From Mobula hypostoma (taxonomy: Eukaryota), in NCBI RefSeq assembly GCF_963921235.1, contig NC_086098.1, forward strand, positions 5,952,001 through 6,016,000: 64,000 bases of DNA, read 5' to 3'. The position numbers and the translations under genes are program-made. Under the pieces are notes generated by a model that saw nothing but the letters and a program-made list of their open reading frames with translations, ran no database searches and was not told where the DNA came from. Shown in pieces: positions 1 through 13,093 of this stretch; the stretch's first letter is position 1, and the number at the start of each line of letters is the position of its first letter.

Positions 1-640
1 GCTTTTGGTATGCTGGCCTTTATAAATCAGGGCATTGAGAATAGGAGTTGGGATGTAATGTTGAAATTGTATAAGGCATTGGTAAGGCCAAATTTGGAGT
101 ATTGTGTACAGTTCTGGTCACCGAATTATAGGAAAGATATCAATAAAATTGAGAGAGTACAGAGGAGGTTTTCTAAAATGTTGCCTGGGTTTCATCTCCT
201 AAGTTACAGAGAAAGGCTGAACAAGTTGGGTCTTTATTCTTTGGAGCGTAGAAGGTTGAGAGGGGACTTGATAGAGGTGTTTAAAATTTTGAGGGGGATT
301 GATAGAGTTGACGTGGATAGGCTTTTTCCATTGAGAGTGGGGGGATTCAAACAAGGGGACATGAGTTGAGAGTTAAAGGACAAAAGTTTAGGGGTAACAT
401 GAGGGGGAACTTCTTTACTCAGAGAGTGGTAGCTGTGTGGAACGAGCTTCCAGCAGAAGTGGTTGAGGCAGGTTCGATGTTGTCATTTAAAGTTAAATTG
501 GATAGATATATGGAAAGGAAGGGAATGGAGGGTTATGGACCAAGTGCAGGTCGGTGGTACTAGATGAGAGTAAGAGTTTGGCACGGACTAGAAGGGCCGA
601 GATGGCCTGTTTCCATGCTGTAATTGTTATATGGTTATAT
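1..640 (+). mobile_element. CR1 LINE 3' fragment (RT C-terminus + 3' UTR), frameshifted
   Basis: ORFs 10-369 and 366-563: LYKALVRPNLEYCVQFWSP, LERRRLRGDLIEVFKI, FFTQRVVAVWNELP. Confidence 0.93.
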
Positions 641-649
641 GTTCTTCCA

Positions 650-1110
650 TCTCTGTCTGTCGGTAGGCCTCAGCTAACTCCATTCTGCTGAAGTGTTTTC
701 TTCCAGAAGGGTTTCAAAGTTATCCTCTATCTTGGGCAGAGGGTATTGATTTACTTTTAATACTGGGTTTATGATGACCTTAAAATCACCACAAATCCTG
801 ATAGACCCATTAATCTTGGCTACTAGGTATTGCCCATGTACTCCACTCAACCTTGGAAACAATTCCTTCAGTCTCCTTGTGATCTAGCTCACTGGCTACT
901 TTATCATAGATGGTATAAGGAACTGAACAGGCTTTGTAAAACTTGGGTGTGGCATTTTCATTTAACACTACTTTACCTTTGATATGCTTGAGTTTTCCAA
1001 TGCCATCCTTTTACACTGCTGCGGTATCATCCAGTACCTTTCTTAATTCACTTAGGAAATTGCAGGAGATGTAACATGCAAATAGTAGATGGATCTCCAA
1101 CCAAGTTGTA
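650..1110 (-). mobile_element. Gypsy LTR-retrotransposon pol (RT) relic
   Basis: ORF 674-862: GSIRICGDFKVIINPVLKVNQYPLPKIED, typical Gypsy RT N-terminal motif; degraded. Confidence 0.8.
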
Positions 1111-1451
1111 GCTGTCTCAGCTAGTCACAGCACCACAATGCTGGCTCTCCTGTTTTACCACTTCAACTCTGAGATTCGTCCTCTGTAGGCAGCCACGAAA
1201 CAAAGAAATATCATGGAACACATTCAAAAAAACATCGAATATCCAACCAGCAAAAAAAGAGCAAATTGTGCTAACGTCAAAATGTAAGTGAACAACACAT
1301 AGAGTACCAAGCATCAAACCATTGGTATTCATTTTAGCACCATGCCGCTAGCCAATGCAATTCACTGTATGTTTCGATGACATAAAATAAAGGTTATCTT
1401 TAATCGTTAAATCTTGAGTCAAAACCAGTGGAAGCTGCGTAATTTTCTGTA

Positions 1452-1640
1452 TGCAACACGCAAAATGCTGGAGGAACTCAGCATGTCAGGCAGCATCTAT
1501 GAAAATTAATGCTCTGCCGATGTTTCGGCCTTTATTCAGGACTGAAAAAGAAGTTGTAAGTCTCCAGAATGAAAAAGGTGGACGGAGGGGAAGGAGGCTA
1601 GCTGCAACGTGATGGTGAAGACAAGTGGTGGGGGAGGGTA
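1452..1640 (-). mobile_element. Degenerate Penelope pLTR-derived repeat
   Basis: aaatgctggaggaactcagc...ggcagcatctatg block related to the Penelope terminus at 43165-43300. Confidence 0.7.
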
Positions 1641-2680
1641 CTTTGTTTTGTTGACACAGGTACAATCCAAATTTATAATGTACAAGGTTGTTAAGGTGAT
1701 AGAATAAACTGAAGTCAATTATGTAAAGGCAAGAAATCTGGATGGTATCATGGGTAACCAACAGAAATTTGACAAAAGATCTGACTGTTCCGACTTGAAA
1801 GAAGAAGATAAATCCCACAAGGTTGGATTGCATTTGTACAGGACATGGAATGTGCTTATTTATTGAGCAAATATAACATAAAAGATTTACCAAAATGTAT
1901 ATGGGGCAATGTGTCATCCATAAGCAACTTTGCAAACTCTGCTGCATTTTATTTCAAATGGGATCGAATCAAGGCATGTAACCAGTCTGGATCTAATCAA
2001 CTCACCATTAAGCTTTAACATATGAATTTAACATGCATCTTCTCTACTGTTGCATCCCTTGCCATCTTAAACAAGAAAGAATCACTCATATTTTTGATGT
2101 TTCAATTTTGGAAATTAATTTCAAAAATTCCAGATGGAAGTAATTTTGTTTCCAGAGGTACATCTGTTTTCAAGGTGCTTCAAATGCAGAACTGTATGAC
2201 CTCAGTTGTTTTACTAAGGATTAGCAGACATTCATTATCTGCTGACAAGCAAGGACAACCTCCTTAACTCTTTGCGGCATATTTTTTACCATTTCTTCTC
2301 CTTCAACATGGTTTTGGACTTGGAGAAAGGCAATCTATATAACTTCTTGGTGTGATGAAAAAGACTCTCATTTTTAAAATTTTACAGTACACATTGGTCC
2401 AAAGTTGTGGTCTCTACATAGCTGGATACCTGCAACTGTTATGATTGAAATAACATCCAACGGTCAAGAATCTGTGTTTCCACTTGAATGTAATAATGAT
2501 AATAACTTATTTATAGAGCACCTTTCATACAGACAATGTTATTCAAAGTGCTTTACAATGGGATAAAGTCCAAATATGAAAATAAAAAATAAGAAATAAA
2601 AATAATCAGGAAAATAAAAGACATAAAGATATCAGATAAAGGCAAGGTTAAATAAATAGGCTTTGAGCTGGTGTTTAGAA

Positions 2681-3352
2681 GAAGAGAAGATGGCGGAGTG
2701 ACGCAGCACGCAGCGGCCACTCCGGAATGAATATCTGTTATTTGTTAAGTAGGGGGCCGTGCACCATCCTGATTTGATGGAGACGGATGTGAGAAGCATG
2801 GAGGAACATCTGGTGAAACTTCTGAAATGCCTGTTTCACTGCCGCTGCTACTGTGCGATCGAGAATCTCCGGAGGGGAAGGCCCTGAATCCTTGGCTTCG
2901 CCTGTTGCTTGGCAGCCAGGGGTTGAAGCGCTCAGCAGAGATGGTGCTTGGTGCTTGGTGTAGGAGGGCTGGTTGGAGGCTTGAAGTTTTCGGATGGACT
3001 CAGAGTGGGCTGTGGTCGGGTGCTTCCAGGGTGCTGCATCGGCAAGTTTGCGGCGCTGGAGTTTCATGGCAGGGAGAGTTTTTCTTCCTTCTACCGTCTG
3101 CGTGAGATGATGGGGCTATCGGGACTTTGAGACCTTTTTCTACCGTGCCCATGGTCTGCTCTTTATCAAATTACGGTATTGCTTTGCACTGTTGTAACTA
3201 TATGTTATAATTATGTGTTTTTTGTCAGTTTTAGTCTTGGTCTGTCTTGTGTTTCTGTGATATCATACTGGGGGAGCATTGTATCATTTCTTAATGCATG
3301 CATTACTAAATGACAATAAACGAGGACTGAGTGTCCTCATAGTCTAAAAAAA
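2681..3352 (+). mobile_element. Unclassified ~670-bp non-autonomous retroposon (family X), copy 1
   Basis: Starts gaagagaagatggcgg; ends aataaa-GAGGACtgagtGTCCTC-A tract; homologous to 10501-11170 and 55945-56570. Confidence 0.8.
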
Positions 3353-3366
3353 GTGTCATCTGAGTC

Positions 3367-5028
3367 ATAGGCCAGTTAGCCTTACCTCAGTGGTTGGAAA
3401 GATGTTGGAGTCAATTGTCCAAGTTGTGGTACTTGGTGACACATGATATAATAGAACTGAGTCAGCATGCTTTCCTTAAGAGAAAATGTTGCCTGACAAA
3501 TCTGTTGGAATTCTTTGAGGAAATAACAACACCAATAGACAAAGGAGAGTCCATTGATGTTGTGTACTTAGATTTTCAGAAGGCCTTTGACAAGGTGCTG
3601 CACGTGAGGCTGCTTAACAAGATAGGAGCTTATGGTATTGCAGGAGAGGTTCCAGCATGGATAGAGCATTGGCTGACTGGCAGGAGGCAAAGAGTGGGAA
3701 CAAAGGGAGCCTTTTCTGATCGGCTGCCCATGAATAATGATGTTCCATAGGGGTCAGTATAGGGACTGGTTCTTTTCACATTATATATCAATGATTTGGC
3801 TGACAGAATTGATGACTTTGTGGCCATGCTTGCAGATGACATGAAGATAGGTAGAGGGGCAGGTAGTGTTGAGGAAGCAGGAGGCTGCAGGAGGACTGAG
3901 ACCAAACAGGAGATGGGCAAAGAAGTGGCATATGAAATGCAGTGTTGGAAAGTGTACGGTCTTACACTTTGGTAAAAGAAATATAAGGGTAGACTATTTT
4001 TTAAATGGGGAGAAAATTTTAAATATCCAAGATGCAATGAGACTTGGGAGTCCTTGTGCAGGTCTCCCTATAGGTTAATTTGCAGGTTGAGTCTGTGGTG
4101 AGGAAGACATATGCAATGTTACCATTCACTCCAGAGGACTAGAGTATAAAAGCAAGGATGTAAGGCTGAGGATTTATAAGGCATTGAGCAGACTGCACTT
4201 GGAGTATTGTGAGCTGTTTTAGGCCCCTTGTCTGACAAAGGATGTGCTGACATTGGAGACAGTTCAAAGGAGATTTACGAAAACTATTCTGGGATTGAAA
4301 GGCTTAACGTATGAGAAGCATTTGATGGCTCTGGACCCCTACTCATTGGAATTCAGAAGAATGAGTGGTGACATCATAAAAACCTATTGAATGTTGAAAG
4401 GTCTTGACAGAGTGGATGTAGAGGGGATGTTTCCCATTGTGGGGGAGTCGAAGACCAGAGGACACAGCCTCAGAATAGAGGGATGTCCATTTAGAACGGA
4501 GATGAGAAGGAATTTCTTCAACCAGAGAGTGGTGAATCTGTGGAATTTTTGGCCACAGGAATCTGTGGAGGCTGTCATTGAGTAGATTTAAGGCAGAGGT
4601 TGATAGGTAAACACAAGAGATTCTGTAGATGCTGGAAATCCAAAGCAGCATATGTTAAATGCTGGAGGAACTCAGCAGATCGGGCAGCATCTATGGAAAT
4701 CAATAAATAGTTGATGTTTCAGGTCTCTTTCCCTTCTTCCCTCTTTTTTATTCTGTCATCTTTCCCCTTCCTTCCTTTCCAGTCCCAAAAAAGGGTCTCA
4801 GAAGGAATCATCGACTGTTTGTTCATTTCTGTAGATGCTCCCTGACCTGGTGAGTTTCTCCAGCATTTTGTGGAGGATGATAGGTTCTTGATTAGTCAGG
4901 GCGTGAAAGGTTATGGGGCGAAGGCATGAGGATGGGATTAAGAGGGAGATGGATCAGCCATGATGAAATGGTGGAGCAGACTCTAGTGCCCATATGGCCT
5001 AATTCTGCTCCTATATCTTATGGTCTTG
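3367..5028 (+). mobile_element. Degraded 5'-truncated CR1 LINE
   Basis: [33 protein letters not shown]; multiple stops. Confidence 0.9.
4609..4872. mobile_element. Fold-back Penelope-derived insertion inside CR1
   Basis: Two pLTR ends head-to-head; TSD gaggttgataggt (4596-4608) / gaggatgataggt (4873-4885). Confidence 0.75.
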
Positions 5029-5199
5029 AATAATAAAGTGACCATATAGTTTTAAGAATTACATTCCACAGTTTAGGAGCGTAGTTCAAAATAGTTGACC
5101 TACCAATTATCTTTTGATGGAGATTGTTTAAATTTAAGAGAATAGAGGAAGAAGACCTGAGAACTTGAGCAGAAATCAAAAAGGGTAGCAAAACCAGCA

Positions 5200-7017
5200 T
5201 TGTTGTATCTCAATGCATGGAGTGTAAGAAATAAGGTGGATGATCTTGTTGCACAATTACAGATTGTCAGTTATGATGTTGTGGCCATCAGTAAATTGTG
5301 GCTGAAGGATGGTTGTAGTTGGGAGTTGAATGTCCAAGGTCACACGTTATATCAGAGGGATAGGAAGGTAGGCAGAGGGGGTGGTGTGGCTCCACTGGTA
5401 AAGAATGGCATCAAATCAGTAGAAAGATGTGATATAAGATTGGAAGTTGTTGAATCCTTGTGGGTTGAGTTAAGAAACTGCAAGGGTAAGAGGACCCTGA
5501 TGGCAATTATATACAGGCCTCCCAACAGTGGCTGGGATGTGGACCACAGATTACAACATGAAATAGAAAAGGCGAGTCAAAAGGGCAATGTTATGATTGT
5601 CATGGGAGATTTTAACATGCAGGTCGATTGGGAAAATCGGGTTGATAATGGATCTCAAGAGAGTGAGTTTGTTGAATGCCTGAGAGATGGCTTTTTAGAG
5701 CAGTTTGTCCTTGAGCCTACTAGGGGATCAGCTATACTGGATTGGGTGTTATGTAATGAACCGGAGGTGATTAGGGAGCTTAAGGTAAAAGAACCCTTAG
5801 GACTGACATGGTTAGAGCATTGGCTGATTGGTTGGAGGCAGCGAGTGGGAATAAAAGGAAATTTTCTGGTTGGCTGCCAGTAATTAGTGGCGTTCCACTG
5901 TGGTCGGTGTTGGGACCACTTCTTTTTATGCTGTATGTAAATGATTTAGATGATGGAATAGATGGCTTTGTTGCCAAGTTTGCAGATGATAAAAAGATTG
6001 GTGGAGGGACAGGTAGTGTTGAGGAAATGGGTGGGATGCAGAAGGACTTATACAGATTTGGAGAATGGACAAGAAAGTGGCAAATGAAAAACAATGTTGG
6101 AAAATGCATGGTCATTCACTTTGGTAGTAGAAATAAATGTGCAGACTACTTTCTAAACTGGGAGAATATCCAGGAATCTGTGATGCAGAGGCACCTGGGA
6201 GTCCTTGTGCAGAACCTCCTGAAGGGTGACTTGCAGTTTGAATCCGTGGTGAGGAAGGCAAATGCCATGTTAGCATTCATTTCAAGAGGGCTAGAATAGT
6301 GGTCCCCAACCTCCGGGCCGTGGACCGATACCTAATTAATTAGCTTATTTATTTTGGCTTTTTTCTTAAAGATGTGCTGGGTGCGTTCTGGCTACTGCTG
6401 CACTCCTCACGGCAATGTATCGGTCCGCGGTCCGGAGATTGGGGATAACTGGGGTAGAATACAAGAGCAGGGATGTGATGCTGAGACCAAAGTTGTGCTG
6501 GCTTTGGAGAGGGTTCAGAGCAGGTTCACAAGGATGATTCTGGGAATGAAAGGGTTATCATACGAGGAATGTTTGATGGCTCTGGGTCTGTACTCACTGG
6601 AATTCAGAGGAATGTGGGGGGTGCGGTGGAGGATCTCATTGAAACCTTTCGAATGTTGAAAGGCCTAGGCAGAGTAGATGTGGGAAGAATGTTTCCCATG
6701 GTGGGAGAATCTAGGACAAGAGGGCACAGCCTCAGGATAGAGAGGTGCCCCTTCAAATCCAGAGAAATTACTTTAGCCAGAGGGTGGTGAATTTGTGGAA
6801 TTTGTTGCCACATGCAGTTGTGGAGGCCAGGTCGTGGGGTGTTTTTAAGGCAGAGATTGACAGGTTCTTGATTGGACATGGCATCAAAGATTACGGGGAG
6901 AAGGCTGGGAACTGGGGTTGAGGTGGAGATTTAGAAAAAGGATCAGCCATGATTGAATGGTGGAGCAGATTTGATGCGCCAGATGGCCTAATTCTGCTTC
7001 CATGTCTTATGGTCTTA
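5200..7017 (+). mobile_element. Internally deleted CR1 LINE (APE endonuclease joined at ~5800 to RT C-half)
   Basis: YLNAWSVRNK, YRPPNS, MGDFN, then SGVP..SVLGPLLF, KFADD. Confidence 0.9.
6297..6451. mobile_element. hAT (Buster/Charlie-type) MITE
   Basis: TIRs tagtggtccccaacc / gattggggataactg; 8-bp TSD ggctagaa/gggtagaa; related to 45911-46140. Confidence 0.85.
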
Positions 7018-7019
7018 TA

Positions 7020-7181
7020 ACCACATATTACAACAGTGATGTGCGGAAAAGCATCCATGAACACACACAACATGTCAAACCTTGAAGTGGATGGACCAAG
7101 GCAGCAGAAGACCACGAACGTGCACTCAGAAGCCACTCTATCAGGTACAGGAAGCCCCTATTAAAGTGGCCACTGAATGTA
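7020..7181 (+). mobile_element. Tc1/mariner relic
   Basis: Similar to part of 55055-55711; ends in TIR-like cctattaaagtggccactgaatgta. Confidence 0.6.
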
Positions 7182-7619
7182 GTGGCATTAGTGTCATGAT
7201 TCAAGAAACAATGTACCTGTTCCAGAATTTGCAAATATTCTGTAAATTACCAGTGAGTTAAGAATTTTACATTTTAGCTAGTGCAGAATATTTACTTGAT
7301 AATCTTTTCACCCGCTGCTAGCTAATTTGCTGCCATTGATTGGATTTATTTCTCTGTGTCAGTTCCTGAAATCAGTTGCTACAATTTTATACTTTAAGAG
7401 AAAAGTATCAGCAGGTAATGGAAAGTGACATTTGCTGTAAACTAGATTAGAGCTTTGAGTGAAATTCATTGTACAACAAACATCTAGTTTTTTTTTATCT
7501 GTCTATTTGTGGAAGTTTCTTTGGAGAAGAATGTGATTACATTTGCTTAGGACACTGGACCGCTCTCAAGCATAAACATAGAACATTGAACAGTATGGTA
7601 AAATACAGGCCCTTCAGCC

Positions 7620-8587
7620 GACCCTGTGCGCATGCACCGGTCGTGCATACAGCCTGTTACAGCGGTTCCGAACAGTATTATTACTTTTTCTTTTTACTTT
7701 TTAACACGTTATTTGTCGTATTTTTTTTCACGGTAACACGTCGAAGCTGCACCCTCTCTAATATGCTGGTGGAGAGAGTTTTATTTGGGTTTTTAGCACT
7801 GGAAATAGTTACATTTGGACACGTCTCATTAGCGGGACAGAAGCATGGTTGCATTGTGTATTCCAGGGACCAGCTGATTGAGCTTATGCCGGCCAGTTTA
7901 GCGAGCAGAGCGGCGGACACCCCTGCTGAAATCTGGAGGGAAACACACACAGGATGAAGAGGGGGATCACAAAGTTAAGGAAAGAGGACCGGGTCAAGGC
8001 AACAGAGACTTATGGAGAAGAGGAGTTCGGTGGGTAATAAAACGGACGAGTTCACGGCACTAGCCCGGCATCAGAGAACATTTTGGGAGCGCAGTGTTAT
8101 GTGCTTCACTGGAACAGGGCTGCACGAGGACATACCCGATCAAAACTTCTCCATGGTGGGCTTCCAGACCGTTCGGGCTGACAGGAAGTGCACTGAGAGC
8201 GGTAAGCGTAAAGGAGTCGGGTGCTGACTGTTCTGGTTACAACAGATGGTGCAATCCATCAAGGAACGTGTTTGTAGACTGGATATTGAACTTTCTGCTG
8301 TTGGACTTTGGCCACATTCCACCGAGGTACAACACTGGGTGGCACGGGAGGTCGTTCCTGCCTGTGGCCATCAAACTTGCAGCTCCTCCCGTAGAGGGTC
8401 AGACACCCTGAGCCAATAGGCTGGTCCTGGACTTATTTTCCATCTGGCATAGTTTGCATTTTGTTGTTTGATTGTTTGTGGTTTTTGTATTGCTATATTT
8501 ATGCTCTATTCTTGGTTGGTGCGGCTGTAACGAAACCCAATTTCCCTCGGGATCAGTAAAGTATGTCTATCTATCTCTCTATCTATC
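7620..8587 (+). mobile_element. Internally deleted Rex1/Babar LINE derivative (5' region + 3' end)
   Basis: NKTDEF..CFTGTGLHEDIPD endonuclease-like start; GRSFLPVAIKL 3' end; microsatellite tail. Confidence 0.7.
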
Positions 8588-8689
8588 TTCAGCCCACAAT
8601 TCTTTTGCCAATCTTATAACCTACTCCAAGATCAGTCTGACCCTTCTCTCCCTCAGAGGTCTTGGTATACCTCCCATCCATGTGCCCAC

Positions 8690-10340
8690 TTACAGCACAT
8701 GGGTGGTAGATAGCAGGCCAATGGCGGATTGCATCTCAATGGCTCTTCACACGCCTTAGGTCACCTGGACAGTACAAACACTGATGTCAGGATGCTGATT
8801 GTCGACTGTAGCTCAGCATTTAACACCATCATTCCCAGAGTCCTGATCCTTCAGCTACAGAACCCGGGCCTCTGTCCCTGTCTCTTCAATTGCATCCTTG
8901 ACTTCCTATCCAGAAGACCACAATCTGTACGGATTGGTAATAATATCTCCTCCTTGCTGATGATCAACACTGGCATACGTCAAGGGTGTATGCTTAGCCC
9001 ACTGTTCTACTTTCTCTATACCCATGGGTGTGTGACTCAAATAGTATCTATAAATTTGCTGATGATACGACCATTTGTTGGCAAAATCTTAGATGGAGAT
9101 GAGAGGGCATACAGGTGTAACATCCTGGAAAAAGTTTCACTGTTAATATAATGGTCTTTCTGTAGAAGCAGTGTTTGGGTTATGGTTGGAGATAACGGGG
9201 GCTTTGGAATGTGAGCCGTCCAATGAGGGGAATGTGTTTTCTTGTTGTGTGCCGGACACCGAGGTGACCTGGGTCTTTTGTTCAGCAGAAGATGGAGAGA
9301 GAAAATGTCAGAAAGGTGAGGTCGTAGACACCAGGAAGGAGTGGATTTGGTTCTGGAGACGACGAAGCCCAGGGAAATCGATGGAGGACCAGCGGAAGAG
9401 AAACCGTGAGCTCCAATGTACACATCAGACTGTTTCATTAAAATGGGTCTTTTTCTTTTTGTTTTACTTTACTAACCCTTTAGTCAAATTAAGAATTATA
9501 AAGCTAAATCGTTTATATGGTGTACGTTTATATGGTTTATATGGTATAAAGCATATGGTGTACTGTCTGTTATTCTGAGGTACTGAGTTGGAACAGAGTA
9601 ACACATCACACAGCATCGACACAAACAGGAGGTTTTGCACCTCAATCTCACACATTTGGTGGGGCCAGAGATTGTCTTCCTGAGAAAACTCAGACGACAG
9701 AACCTGAGAGTTATACAGGATTAAGATATACTAGCTAGTTGAGTGGTATCGCAGAAACAACCTTGCACTCAAAGACCGAAGAGCTGATTGTGGACTTCAG
9801 GATGGGTAAGATGAGGGAACATGAATCAATTCTCATAGAGGGATCAGAAGTGAAGAGAGGGAGTGATTTCAGCTCTTGAGTGTCAAGATCTCTGAGGATC
9901 TAACCTGGTCTCAATGTATCAATGCAGCTATAAAGAAGGCAAGACAGTGGCTATATTTCATTAGGAGTTTGAGGAAATTTGGTTTGTCATCTAAAACACC
10001 CAAAAACTTCTACAAATGTACCATGGGGTGCATTCTGCATCACCGTCTGGGAGGGGGAGGGGTGCTTCTGCACAGGATCAGAAGAAGCTACAGAATGCTG
10101 TAAAATTAGTCCGCTTCTTCTTGGGTACCAGCCTTCGTAATATCCAAGACAACTTCAGGGAGTGGTGACTCAGAAAAGCAGCATCCAATATTAAGGACCC
10201 CCATCACCCGGGACATGCCCTCTTCTCATTGTTACCATCAGGAGGAGGTACAGAAGCCTGAAGGCACACACTCAGCCATTCAGGAACAGCTTCTTTCCCC
10301 CCTGCTATGTGATTCCTAAATAGACATTGAACCCACGAAC
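8690..10340 (+). mobile_element. Degraded Rex1/Babar LINE RT fragment, interrupted by a solo LTR
   Basis: VRMLIVDCSSAFNTIIP, TGIRQGCMLSPL, KKARQWLYFIRSLRKFG. Confidence 0.85.
9116..9715. mobile_element. Solo LTR (600 bp), probably Gypsy
   Basis: Termini tgtaac...gttata; 4-bp TSD cagg (9112-9115, 9716-9719); Rex1 sequence resumes after it. Confidence 0.8.
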
Positions 10341-10500
10341 ACTACCTCACTTTCTTTTATAATATTTCTGTTTTTGTACTTCTTAAAATTTAACTATTAA
10401 TTATACATATACTTATTGTAATTGATTTACTTATTTATTTTTCAATATTATAGTGTGTTGCTTTGTACTGCTGCCGCTAAGTTAACAAATTTCCTGACAT

Positions 10501-11170
10501 TTTTTTTAGATTAGATAATGAGGACACTCAGTCCTCATTTATTGTCATTTAGAAATGCATGCATTAAGAAATGATACAATGTTCCTCCAGTATGATATCA
10601 CAGAAACACAAGACAGACCCAGACTAAAACTGAGAAAAACCACATAATTATAACATATAGTTACAACAGTGCAAAGCAATACCGTAATTTGATAAAGAAC
10701 AGACCATGGGCACGGTAAAAAAAAAAGTCTCAAAGTCCCGATAGCCCCAACATCTCACGCAGATGGTAGAAGGAAGAAAAACTCTTCCTGCCATGAACCT
10801 ACAGCACCGCACACTGGCCGGTGCAGCACCCTGGAAGCACCCGACCACAACCGACCCTGAGTCCGTCCAAAAACTTCGAGCCTCCGACACCGAGCACTGA
10901 GCACCATCTCTGCCGAGCACTTCGACCCTGGCCCTGGCTGCCAAACAATACGGAAAGCTGAGGAGTTGGGGCCTTCCCCTCCGGAGATTCTCGATCGCAC
11001 AGTAGCAGCGGCAGTGAAACAGGCATTTCAGGAGTTTCTCCAGATGTTCCTCTGTGCTTTTCACGTCCGTCTCCATCAAATCAGGATTGTGCACGGCATC
11101 CTTCTTGACAGATAACAGATATTCATTCCGGAGTGTCGGCTGCATGCTGCGTCGTGCTGCCATCTTCTCT
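10501..11170 (-). mobile_element. Family X non-autonomous retroposon, copy 2
   Basis: Reverse-complement homolog of 2681-3352. Confidence 0.8.
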
Positions 11171-11214
11171 GCAATCTCATTTGCTGATGATAGCAAACCT
11201 GATTCTGATTCTCA

Positions 11215-11730
11215 TTTTCTCTCAGAGCTTGTTAAATGCCCTGATATAACTGCATTTACCACCACTGGAAGCAAGTCCATGCACTCACTACTCTCTGTGC
11301 AAAAATCTGACCTCTGACATCTTCTCAATACTCTCCAATTGCCTTAAAATTATGCCCCCTTGTTTTAGCCATTTCCACCCCGGGAAAAAGTCTCTGGCTG
11401 CCCATTCGGCCTATGCCTCTTATGATCTTGTACACCTCTATGAAGTCATCTCTCATCTTCTCTCACTACAAAGAGACAAGCCCCGGCTCGCTCAACTTAT
11501 CCTCACACGACAAGCTCTCGAATCCAGGCAGCATCCTGGTGTATCTCCTCTGCACCTTCTCTAAACCTTCCACATCCTTTCTATAAAGAGGTGACCAAAA
11601 CTGAACACTATATTCCAAATGTGGTTTAACCAGGGATTTTTAAAGCTGCATTGTTACCTTGAAGTCCTTGAACTCAATTCCCCAACTAATGAAGTCCAAC
11701 TTATCATCTAATTCTGAATCACCCTATCAA
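11215..11730 (-). mobile_element. Old CR1 3' fragment
   Basis: Antisense of LEYSVQFWSPLYRKDVEGLEKVQRR-like sequence. Confidence 0.7.
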
Positions 11731-12057
11731 ATTTTTGAGATTAGATGCTACAATTTTATTCTTTAAGAAAAAATTACGAGCGTAATAGGAAATGACATTT
11801 GTTGTAAACTCGATTAGAGCTTAGAACTTTGAGCTATCTGTGTAATTTTTGAGGTGTTGCAGATATTAACTCTTACCGATAATGTTAAGTACAAATTCAG
11901 AGGGAATGTGGAATCTGATGAATTTTGCTTTATATCTTGGAATCTTTTGCATTATTAACAATACAGTACATGGAATTAAACACTGGGGTGTACAGTGAGT
12001 CCAGAGAGTGGTAGCACCTCTGGTAAATGGGCTTGTCGTGTCCATCTCAGGCAGTTG

Positions 12058-12768
12058 ACTTACCTATCCCTCAACGTCAGCAAGACGAAGGAATTGGTTG
12101 TTGACTTCAGAAGGAGTAGCGGACCGCACGACCCAATTTACATCAGTGGTGCACAAGTGGAACAGGTCAAAAGCTTTAAGTTCCTCGGGGTCAATATCAC
12201 AAATGACCTGACTTGGTCCAACCAAGCAGAGTTCACTGCCAAGAAGGCCCACCAGCGCCTTTACTTCCTGAGAAAACTAAAGAAATTTGGTCTGTCCCCT
12301 AAAACCCTCACGAATTTTTATAGATGCACCATAGAAAGCATTCTTCTAGGGTGCATCACAACCTGGTATGGAAGTTGTCCTGTCCAAGACCAAAAGAAGC
12401 TGCAGAAGATCGTGAACACGGCACAGCACATCACACAAACCAATCTTGCGTCCTTGGACTCAGTTTAAACCGCACGCTGTCGGAGCAGTGCTGCCAGGAT
12501 AATCAAGGACAAGACCCACCCAGCCAACACACTTTTCGTCCCTCTTCCCTCCGGGAGAAGGCTCAGGAGCTTAAAGACTTGTATGGCTGGATTTGGGAAT
12601 GGCTTCTTTCCAACTGTGATAAGACTGCTGAACGGATTCTGACCCGGATCTGGGCTGTACCCTCCAAATATCCAAAGCTGCCTCAGTTTTTTTGCACTAC
12701 CTTACTTTCCATTTTTCTATTTTCTATTTATGATTTATAATTTAAATTTTTAATATTTACTAATTTTG
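12058..12768 (+). mobile_element. Rex1/Babar LINE 3' fragment
   Basis: LSLNVSKTKELVVDFRR, KKAHQRLYFLRKLKKFGL; close to 34362-34988. Confidence 0.9.
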
Positions 12769-13093
12769 GATTTCTCGCAAGCAGGAGGCATGAGGAGGAG
12801 TGAGTCCTGGTCAATCAGCGCAGCCAGAGTTCAAGCATGTAGTGTTTGTCCCATCATCAGTTAGTCCAGGGGTTGATACCAAAGATCAGAAGCCAAAGCT
12901 CTGGCGCTGACGCCTGGAGACCGGGGTCCTGTTCTAGTCCTGTTGGAGGACTGTCTATGTATCTGGGTGAATAGGAAGGAGGAGCGGGGCTTGTTTTGCT
13001 GTTGCTTATTGTTTTCCATTTTGTGGTGTTCTGTCTTGCTCTCCGAGCATTGTTGGTATGGTACATTGGCGTCGGAATGTGTGACAACACTTT

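Larger units (their letters stand above)
2490..5198 (-). mobile_element. Old L2-type LINE 3' end split by later insertions (pieces ~2490-2680 and ~5030-5198)
   Basis: ORF 5018-5200 LRSSSSILL...YAPKLWN; L2-like 3' UTR ttatttatagagcacctttcatac...tcaaagtgctttaca. Confidence 0.6.

Noticed and set aside
10648..11196. 182-aa ORF as a novel protein
   Set aside because: Lies in family X; the reading frame is not preserved in the other two copies.
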